In this document: positions 56,001-64,000 of the stretch, piece by piece | Layout: every line of letters starts with the position of its first letter | Position numbering within the stretch: the stretch's first letter is position 1 | DNA from: the human T2T-CHM13v2.0 reference genome, Homo sapiens | Assembly (NCBI RefSeq): GCF_009914755.1 | Contig: NC_060939.1 | Direction: 5' to 3' (one strand) | Length of the DNA stretch: 64,000 nucleotides | Notes under the pieces: generated by a model | The model's database searches: none | Told to the model about the DNA's origin: nothing | What the model saw: the letters and a program-made list of their open reading frames with translations, nothing else | Position numbers and translations under genes: made by a program

Positions 56001-56202
56001 ACAGAGGTGAGTGTGGTGAAGCCCTAGGGGATGGTGAATGGTAGTTCCGGATCCCTGGTGAGGAGCTTCCCCTTAAGCCTGAGTTTCTGAGAGGGGAGAG
56101 GGAGAAGCTGGGTGAGGCTCGCATGGACCTTGGGGTGTCCGTGATGGGGGACCGTTCATAAGAAGAGCCAGACAAGACCCTACTGTTCTTAGGTGCAGAC
56201 AT
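53059..56202 (-). CDS. Putative 1047-aa copy 7 with premature stop (lacks the last 43 aa)
   Basis: TAT>TAG at 53059-53061 (plus strand cta vs ata in other copies). Confidence 0.45.
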   Translation of the reverse strand: MSAPKNSRVLSGSSYERSPITDTPRSMRASPSFSLSPLRNSGLRGSSSPGIRNYHSPSPRASPHSPLSSPESHKLPFPCPHRDGQSMKPLGSAVSSSEDSSESPRSSIIYHMFLLPSPSSSPPALGGSPVSPSYSPNNPRFQLESAPHTQESPTNSRASRCSTPVSCISSPPGLRDPPVAPSYSPAIPRFLRESAPCTQESPRDSQVSGEYERSPSPDSSRFMPASPSFSLSPPRNSDPRGSSSPGMWKSSTSSRRASPLSHPSSTEFHNFTFPFPNQAGQSLMSLCSPVSSSGDSSQSPHSSIMYHMFLLPSSSSSPPATHDSPVCPSYSPTTPRFQRESVPHTPETPTNSQTSVRSSPVSLTSSPPALTDPPVCPSYSPTTPTFQRGSVPGTLGSPPSPPLSLSYSPVSSTSLSPTLRDSPVCPSYSPSTPTLQRESVAGTQKSPPNSPISLRYSPVSLMSSPSLRDSPVCPSYSPTTPTFQLESVPGTPESPPNSPISLSYSSVSSTSLSPTLRDSPVCPSYSPSTPTLQRESVAGTQKSPPNSPISLRYSPVSLMSSPSLRDSPVCPSYSPTTPTFQLESVPGTPESPPNSPISLSYSSVSSTSLSPTLRDSPVCPSYSPTTPTLQRESVPGTQESPPNSPISLNYSPVSLMSSPVLRDSPVCPSYSPTTPTFQLESVPGTPESPPNSPVSLSYSPVSLMSSPPALRDSPVCPSYSPTMPRFQRGSVPGTQVSPTNSAISLSYSPVSLMSSPPAPWDSPVCPSYSPTTPRFQRESASHTPESPTDSQTSLRSSLVCLRSLPSAHRDSCVSFSYSQNFSRFQLESVPGTHDTPPNSRISLTYSPVSLMFSPPALRDSSVSLSYSPTISRFHLESASRTQESPTNSRTLLQPSPISFTSSPPAFRDSPGSPSFSPAFPRFLPQSAPGTQDNPRHSQASRDYLPMTCTYTGMAPTHPSVTPNPSPLTLRHSQGLTATPRYRPSVRSPGQSTSPYDAVTWPFLHGSREGPTPRRTRTPPAFRPHTQACPSTCYCHTLASRRGPCNGR

Positions 56203-59200
56203 GATTAGGAAACCTGCAGCTCCCAGGGGCCCCCACTAATGTTCTAACTCGCAGAAGGAAGGAGTGTGTGTGCGTGTGTGCGTGTGCGTGTGCGTGTGTG
56301 TGTTTGTGTGTGTGCGGTGTGAGGTATGGGCCCCTTAAAGAAATGGAAATCAACCAACCAATGGGACAGACAGACAGACAGACAGACAGAGATTCACTTG
56401 CCCAAGTGTTCTGTCCTGTCCTCTGAATCCGCTTTCAAGTCGCAAGACGCTGTGAGCTCCAAGTCCACGCAGAGTCCGCCAAACGCTCCGGCCGCTGATC
56501 CGCTCCGCGAAGATCTGAGTACAGGCCAGCCAGGGTGGGTTTAAATAGCCTCGGGCGCAGCCTAGCAGCGGAAAGGGCGGAGCCTCACTCCTCCTTTCCA
56601 TCAGTCACCCCCAACTTTCCCAGGCTACACCTCGTAGGAAACTGTTCTCCTGCTTTGATTTCATGCGCCACCTTTGGGACAATCTAAGAACTTACAGGTT
56701 TTCTTGGCCAGATTTATTAGGAATTGTATGCACTGAAACACTGAAAACCAACTAGTGGTTCTGTGCTTCCCACGTTGTGGTTTTGACACCAGCAGCATCC
56801 TTGCCACAATCAAACCCCGGAGATCCGCAGATCTGTGTTGTAACAAGACCTCCCCCTGACCCTGAAGCATGGCAGTTGAAGAAGTCTTTCCGTGTAAGCG
56901 AAAAGACTTTGAAGAAAAGGTGGAGATATGCGTTGTATAAACATTCTTTTGCTCTGGAACCACGTAGAGACTTGGGAGCCAGTTGGGTGGAGCATTCGTT
57001 GGATGAGGGTGCTCGGGTTAGGAATATCAAGGTGTTTCTCCAGATAATCCAATCATCTAATTAAGATTCCAGTTATGCTCATCTGTTTTAAAATTCCGTT
57101 TGGGTAAATTCTTTTAGTCAGACTGAGAATGGCAAAGCCTCAACCCCAATTTCCAGGGAGGGTGGAGAGCCTCAGGTGGAGTTGATCACCAATAGCCTAT
57201 GGTTTAACCCATCATGCCTATAGAATGAGGTCTCCATCAAAACCCAAAAGGACTGGGTTCAGAGAGCTTCTGGATAACACTTCCTGGAAGGTAGTGCACC
57301 CCTCCCCGCATGCCGGGCCCCACATTTATTTCTGAACTTTGTGCAATGTCCGCTAAAATACAACGGCAAATGTAAGTGTTTCCCTGCGTGCTGTGAGCTC
57401 TTCCAGCAAATGAATGCAACTAAATCTGGGAGTGGTGGCAACCTGATTTATAGCCAGTTGCTGAGAAGCACAGGTAAAACAACGTAGGGCTTCCCATTGT
57501 TGTTGGTGTGGGAGGCCTGTCTGGCGGGACTCGGCCCTTTGGAATCTAATGCTATGTCCCGGTAGATAGCGTCACCATTGAATTAGAAGACACACATATG
57601 TGGAGAATAATCTTTCTGGTCATTTACTGCATGTCATATTTACAACATGTAATCAAATTCTTTATCCTGACCTTATGGCACCTGGGTTTAGGACCATGAT
57701 TTGAACCAAACGTTGGTCTGTCACTTTCTGAGTTTGAAACTTTATTTTGCCTTTAGCGTTTTGCTATTGCTTTTTCGTTTTCTTTTGTTTCGTTTCGTTT
57801 CTAAGTTCTGGGGTATATGTGCAGGATGTGCAGATTTGTTACTAAGGTAAACGTGTGCCATGGTGGTTTGCTGCACCTGTCAACCCGTCACCTAGGTATT
57901 AAGCCCAGCATGCAGTAGCTGTTTTTCTTAACGCTCTGCCTCCCGAAAGGCCCCAGTGTGTGTTGTTCCCCTTCCTGTGTCCATGGGATCTCACTTTTCA
58001 GCTCCCATTATAAGTGAGAAGGTGGCGTTTGGTTTTCTTTCCCTGGATTAGTTTGCTGACGATAATGACCACACATCACCACTGTTTTTGTTTTTTAGTA
58101 TAAAGAGTAGTATTTTATTGAATAAGATTTGCTCACAGAAAAATAAGCTTAAATCTACAATGAATGCCAGACCCTACAGCAGAAAGCAATTTTCTCACTT
58201 TTCCACACACAATGGTTCCTACTAAGTGAAAAAAAAGCCATAAAATTTCATTCACAAATGTACTACTCTGTCTCAAAACATCTCACGTAATCATGCACTG
58301 TACTAAAGCCAACAGATCAGTTCTTCAGTCAGGTTAAAGAAGTATCCCTCTAATAACTGACTTTTATAATGCTATCAATATCCACTCCCAATCAGTCTGC
58401 CATTGTTAGTGGTGTACAGCATTACTGAATACAACGGAATTGATGACGCCCATATCCACAGACAAACCGTGACTTATGATGGTTTGATTTATGATTTTTC
58501 AACGTTATGATGGGTTTATTGGAATATTAGATTCGTTTCTGAGTTACACTGGGTTTATGAGTATGCGACCCTACACTCCAGAAACAGCTGTACAAGGAAA
58601 AACAGGTGTACCTAATAAAAATATGCTTAGTGACTTGGGATAAACCAATAGAAGTTCACAAGTGATGGAGAGCCGTGAAAGAGAGATAGCGGTAAATAGT
58701 TACAATAACACAATTTTCCTGCACCTGTCGAGGATTTCCCCCAAAAAACGCAGAATGTGGGATGCACCTAAGGCATATGAAAGAGAGAGGGCAGAAGGAG
58801 TAAGAGAGAAATAGGAGGAAGGAAGGAAGGAAGCAAGGAAGAAAGGAAGGTAGGAAAGAAGGAAGGTAGGACGGAAGGAAGGAAGGAAGGAAGGAAGGAA
58901 GGAAGGAAAGAAGGATGAAAGGAAGGAGAAAACACCGGTGTTACTAAAACCCCCCAAAAAAATGGTTTCCCCCTGTGGGTAAGCCTACAATGTGGATGAA
59001 TCTTGAAAATATTGTGCTACGTGTTATGTCAGTCATAGCAGCTCACCTATTGTGCAATTCCGTTTATAGGAAATGTCCACAATATGGAAATCTATGCATA
59101 TGGGATTGATCGCACTAGGTAGTTGCTACCTAGGGCTGAGGGTCAGGGAGAGGGTTTGAGACAGAATGAGGAGTGACTAATGTCTACAGGGTCTTTCTCT

Positions 59201-59525
59201 GGTCGGGGGTGATAAGACGTTTTACAATGGATTGCGAATTAAAATTGAATGTGCAAAACCACAGGTATACTAAAAGCCACTCAATTCATGACCTTTAATG
59301 GGGGAATCTTACGTGGCGTAGTCTCATGGAGACCACGGCAGACATAGTGAGAGAGAAAAAGGTGAGTAAATATCTGAAACGGAGGCAGAAACAGAGAGAA
59401 TGTAAAGCCCTGTGAATGGAAGGGAGAGCGAAAAGGGAAAATGGTCCTATTTACAAATGACAGATGTGAAACTGGGGTTCACATCAACAGTGTCACTGCC
59501 AGGAAGGAGGGTCATGCTAGCCATG

Positions 59526-62500
59526 TCACCGGTAGTGTGGCCCGCAGGGAGGCCGACCTGCTGGAGCGTCGTGCCAGCATGGGCTGTGGCAACCACGTGG
59601 GCCAGCAGGAGGTTCCCGCTGCACAGCTGTGGGGTGAGGATAGACTGGGTGGTGATATCGGCCATTACAGGGGCCTCTTCTGCTGGCAAGAGTGTGACAG
59701 TAGCAAGTAGATGGACAGGCCTGCGTGTGAGGACGGAATGCAGGAGGGGTTCTTGTGCGCCTGGGTGTGGGGCCCTCACGGGAACCATGGAGAAATGGCC
59801 AGGTAACTGCGTCATGTGGGCTAGTAGATTGGCCAGGGCTTCGAACTGAAGGACGATAACGGGGAGTAGCTGTCAGGCCCTGGGAGTGTCTGAGTGTAAG
59901 TGGAGATGGGTTTGGGGTCACTGAGGGATGCGTGGGAGCCATCCCTGTATAGGTACAGGTCATAGGGAGATAGTCTCGTGAGGCCTGTGAGTGTCTAGGG
60001 TTGTCCTGGGTGCCTGGGGCTGACTGTGGCAGAAATCTGGGGAAGGCTGGAGAGAAGCTGGGAGACCCAGGAGAGTCCCTGAAGGCAGGGGGTGAAGAGG
60101 TGAAAGAAATGGGGGAGGGTTGCAGTAAGGTCCGTGAGTTTGTAGGTGATTCCTGGGTGCGGGAAGCTGACTCCAGGTGAAATCTGGAGATGGTTGGAGA
60201 GTAGCTGAGAGAGACAGAAGAGTCCCTGAGGGCTGGGGGTGAGAACATGAGGGAGACGGGGGAGTAAGTCAGTGAAATTCGTGAGTTCGGTGGTGTATCG
60301 TGGGTGCCTGGAACTGACTCCAGCTGGAATCTAGAGAAGTTTTGAGAGTAGCTGAAGGAGACACAAGAGTCCCTGTGGGCTGAGGGCAAAGACCTGAGAC
60401 AGACCAGGGAGGACCTCAGTGAAGTCTGTGAGTCTGTAGGTGATTCCGGAGTGTGGGAGGCTGACTCCCGCTGAAATCTGGGCGTGGTGGGAGAGTAGCT
60501 GGGACAGACAGGAGAGTCCCAGGGGGCTGGGGGTGAAGACGTGAGAGAGACTGGGGAGTAACTCAGTGAAATTGCTGAGTTGGTTGGTGATACCTGGGTG
60601 CCTGGAACTGACCCCCGCTGAAATCTGGGCATGGTTGGAGAGTAGCTGGGACACACAGGAGAGTCCCTGAGGGCTGGGGGTGAAGACATGAGCGAGACCG
60701 GGGAGTAACTGAGTGAAACTGGTGAGTTTGGTGGTGACTCCGGGGTGCCTGGAACTGACTCCAGCTGAAATGTGGGCGTGGTTGGAGAGTAGCTGGGACA
60801 GACAGGAGAGTCCCTGAGGACTGGTGAAGACATGAGAGAGACTGGAGAGTAATTGAGTGAAATTGGTGAGTTTGGTGGTGATTCCTGGGTGCCTGGAACT
60901 GACTCCCGCTGAAGTGTGGGCGTGGTTGGAGAGTAGCTGGGACACACAGGAGAGTCCCTGAGGGTTGGAGATAAAGACGTGCTAGAGACTGAGGAGTAAC
61001 TGAGTGAAATTGGTGAGTTTGGTGGTGATTCCGGGGTGCCTGGAACGGACTCCAGCTGAAATGTGGGCGTGGTTGGAGAGTAGCTGGGACAGACGGGAGA
61101 GTCCCTGAGGGATGGTGAAGACATGAGAGAGACTGGGGAGTAACGCAGTGAAATTGGTGAGTTTGGTGGTGATTTCTGGGTGCCTGCAACGGACTGCCGC
61201 TGAAGTGTGGGCGTGCTTGGAGAGTAGCTGGGACAGACAGGCGAGTCCCTGAGGGTTGGAGATAAAGACGTGCTAGAGACTGAGGAGTAACTGAGTGAAA
61301 TTGGTGAGTTTGGTGGTGATTCCGGGGTGCCTGGAACGGACTCCAGCTGAAATGTGGGCGTGGTTGGAGAGTAGCTGGGACAGACGGGAGAGTCCCTGAG
61401 GGATGGTGAAGACATGAGAGAGACTGGGGAGTAACGCAGTGAAATTGGTGAGTTTGGTGGTGATTTCTGGGTGCCTGCAACGGACTCCCGCTGAAGTGTG
61501 GGCGTGCTTGGAGAGTAGCTGGGACAGACAGGCGAGTCCCTGAGGGTTGGAGATAAAGACGTGCTGGAGACTGGGGAGTAACTCAGTGAAAGTGGGGGGC
61601 TTGGTGGTGATCCCAGGGTTCCTGGAACTGACCCGCGCTGAAATGTGGGCGTGGTTGGAGAGTAGCTGGGACAGACTGGAGGGTCCGTAAGGGCTGGGGG
61701 TGAAGACGTGAGAGAGACTGGCGAGGATCTCACTGAGGTCTGTGAGTTTGTAGGTGTTTCTGGGGTGTGGGGTACAGACTCCCGCTGAAATCTGGGCGTA
61801 GTTGGAGAGTAGCTGGGACAGACAGGAGAGTCATGGGTGGCTGGGGGTGAGCTGCTGGATGATGGCAGTAAGAACATATGGTACATTATTGATGAATGAG
61901 GTGACTGTGAAGAATCTCCAGAGGAGGACACGGGAGAACACAATGACATGAGTGACTGTCCTGCTTGGTTAGGAAAGGGAAACGTAAAGTTGTGGAATTC
62001 TGTTGATGATGGATGTGAGAGTGGTGAAGCCCTGCGGGATGATGTAGAGGACTTCCACATCCCTGGTGAGGAGCTGCCCCTTGGGTCTGAGTTTCTGGGA
62101 GGGGAGAGGGAGAAGCTGGGTGAGGCAGGCATGAATCTTGAGGAGTCAGGGCTGGGGGACCGCTCATATTCTCCCGAGACCTGTGAGTCTCTGGGGGACT
62201 CCTGGGTGCATGGGGCTGACTCCCGCAGGAACCTGGGGATGGCTGGAGAGTAACTGGGAGCCACAGGAGGGTCCCTGAGGCCTGGGGGTGAAGAGATGCA
62301 AGACACAGGGGTGGAGCAGCGTGAGGCTCGTGAGTTTGTAGGTGATTCCTGGGTGTGGGGGGCTGACTCCAGCTGAAATCTGGGGTTGTTTGGAGAGTAG
62401 CTGGGAGACACAGGAGACCCCCCGAGAGCTGGGGGTGAGCTGCTGGGTGATGGCAGTAAGAACATGTGGTATATTATTGATGAACGTGGGGACTCTGAGG

Positions 62501-62798
62501 AGTCCTCAGAGGAGGACACGGCAGAGCCCAATGGCTTCATTGATTGCCCATCACGGTGAGGACAGGGAAATGGGAGCTTGTGGGATTCTGGTGATGACAG
62601 AGGTGAGTGTGGTGAAGCCCTAGGGGATGGTGAATGGTAGTTCCGGATCCCTGGTGAGGAGCTTCCCCTTAAGCCTGAGTTTCTGAGAGGGGAGAGGGAG
62701 AAGCTGGGTGAGGCTCGCATGGACCTTGGGGTGTCCGTGATGGGGGACCGTTCATAAGAAGAGCCAGACAAGACCCTACTGTTCTTAGGTGCAGACAT
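59526..62798 (-). CDS. Putative 1090-aa CTD-like heptad-repeat protein (copy 8)
   Basis: Intact ORF. Confidence 0.55.
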   Translation of the reverse strand: MSAPKNSRVLSGSSYERSPITDTPRSMRASPSFSLSPLRNSGLRGSSSPGIRNYHSPSPRASPHSPLSSPESHKLPFPCPHRDGQSMKPLGSAVSSSEDSSESPRSSIIYHMFLLPSPSSSPPALGGSPVSPSYSPNNPRFQLESAPHTQESPTNSRASRCSTPVSCISSPPGLRDPPVAPSYSPAIPRFLRESAPCTQESPRDSQVSGEYERSPSPDSSRFMPASPSFSLSPPRNSDPRGSSSPGMWKSSTSSRRASPLSHPSSTEFHNFTFPFPNQAGQSLMSLCSPVSSSGDSSQSPHSSIMYHMFLLPSSSSSPPATHDSPVCPSYSPTTPRFQRESVPHTPETPTNSQTSVRSSPVSLTSSPPALTDPPVCPSYSPTTPTFQRGSVPGTLGSPPSPPLSLSYSPVSSTSLSPTLRDSPVCPSYSPSTPTLQRESVAGTQKSPPNSPISLRYSPVSLMSSPSLRDSPVCPSYSPTTPTFQLESVPGTPESPPNSPISLSYSSVSSTSLSPTLRDSPVCPSYSPSTPTLQRQSVAGTQKSPPNSPISLRYSPVSLMSSPSLRDSPVCPSYSPTTPTFQLESVPGTPESPPNSPISLSYSSVSSTSLSPTLRDSPVCPSYSPTTPTLQRESVPGTQESPPNSPISLNYSPVSLMSSPVLRDSPVCPSYSPTTPTFQLESVPGTPESPPNSPVSLSYSPVSLMSSPPALRDSPVCPSYSPTMPRFQRGSVPGTQVSPTNSAISLSYSPVSLTSSPPAPWDSPVCPSYSPTTPRFQRESASHTPESPTDSQTSLRSSLVCLRSLPSAHRDSCVSFSYSQNFSRFQLESVPGTHDTPPNSRISLTYSPVSLMFSPPALRDSSVSLSYSPTISRFHLESASRTQESPTNSRTLLQPSPISFTSSPPAFRDSPGSPSFSPAFPRFLPQSAPGTQDNPRHSQASRDYLPMTCTYTGMAPTHPSVTPNPSPLTLRHSQGLTATPRYRPSVRSPGQSTSPHDAVTWPFLHGSREGPTPRRTRTPPAFRPHTQACPSTCYCHTLASRRGPCNGRYHHPVYPHPTAVQREPPAGPRGCHSPCWHDAPAGRPPCGPHYR

Positions 62799-64000
62799 GA
62801 TTAGGAAACCTGCAGCTCCCAGGGGCCCCCACTAATGTTCTAACTCGCAGAAGGAAGGAGTGTGTGTGCGTGTGTGCGTGTGCGTGTGCGTGTGTGTGTT
62901 TGTGTGTGTGCGGTGTGAGGTATGGGCCCCTTAAAGAAATGGAAATCAACCAACCAATGGGACAGACAGACAGACAGACAGACAGAGATTCACTTGCCCA
63001 AGTGTTCTGTCCTGTCCTCTGAATCCGCTTTCAAGTCGCAAGACGCTGTGAGCTCCAAGTCCACGCAGAGTCCGCCAAACGCTCCGGCCGCTGATCCGCT
63101 CCGCGAAGATCTGAGTACAGGCCAGCCAGGGTGGGTTTAAATAGCCTCGGGCGCAGCCTAGCAGCGGAAAGGGCGGAGCCTCACTCCTCCTTTCCATCAG
63201 TCACCCCCAACTTTCCCAGGCTACACCTCGTAGGAAACTGTTCTCCTGCTTTGATTTCATGCGCCACCTTTGGGACAATCTAAGAACTTACAGGTTTTCT
63301 TGGCCAGATTTATTAGGAATTGTATGCACTGAAACACTGAAAACCAACTAGTGGTTCTGTGCTTCCCACGTTGTGGTTTTGACACCAGCAGCATCCTTGC
63401 CACAATCAAACCCCGGAGATCCGCAGATCTGTGTTGTAACAAGACCTCCCCCTGACCCTGAAGCATGGCAGTTGAAGAAGTCTTTCCGTGTAAGCGAAAA
63501 GACTTTGAAGAAAAGGTGGAGATATGCGTTGTATAAACATTCTTTTGCTCTGGAACCACGTAGAGACTTGGGAGCCAGTTGGGTGGAGCATTCGTTGGAT
63601 GAGGGTGCTCGGGTTAGGAATATCAAGGTGTTTCTCCAGATAATCCAATCATCTAATTAAGATTCCAGTTATGCTCATCTGTTTTAAAATTCCGTTTGGG
63701 TAAATTCTTTTAGTCAGACTGAGAATGGCAAAGCCTCAACCCCAATTTCCAGGGAGGGTGGAGAGCCTCAGGTGGAGTTGATCACCAATAGCCTATGGTT
63801 TAACCCATCATGCCTATAGAATGAGGTCTCCATCAAAACCCAAAAGGACTGGGTTCAGAGAGCTTCTGGATAACACTTCCTGGAAGGTAGTGCACCCCTC
63901 CCCGCATGCCGGGCCCCACATTTATTTCTGAACTTTGTGCAATGTCCGCTAAAATACAACGGCAAATGTAAGTGTTTCCCTGCGTGCTGTGAGCTCTTCC

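Larger units (their letters stand above)
14227..64000. repeat. Tandem macrosatellite (ACRO1 composite-like); units start at ~14227, 20373, 26711, 33338, 39667, 46292, 52554 and 59150 (last one runs off the window)
   Basis: Near-identical sequence recurs with periods 6146, 6338, 6627, 6329, 6625, 6262 and 6596 bp, measured from ORF-end offsets. Confidence 0.95.

Overview
Primate (human-like) heterochromatic DNA resembling acrocentric short-arm or pericentromeric sequence. 1-9830: decayed MER21-like LTR, Alus, an old L1M and a younger L1PA, local duplications and a GC-rich repeat. 9831-10933: degenerate interstitial (CCCTAA)n followed by TAR1 with 61- and 29-bp repeats, like a fossil chromosome end. 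10930-14226: about 16 copies of a ~200-bp GC-rich gamma-satellite (GSATII-like). 14227-64000: tandem macrosatellite of 7 full and 1 partial ~6.1-6.6-kb units, probably the ACRO1 composite. Main observation: every unit looks like an intronless-ORF gene on the minus strand. It has a DUX4-type motif, GC box, TATA box and Inr, an ATG-free leader, and a 945-1090-aa Ser/Pro/Thr-rich ORF. The 147-bp satellite monomer translates as exactly 7 degenerate heptads resembling the RNA polymerase II CTD repeat (e.g. DSPVCPS-YSPTTPT vs YSPTSPS). Repeat family names are from pattern recognition, not database searches. Expression and function are unverified inferences.
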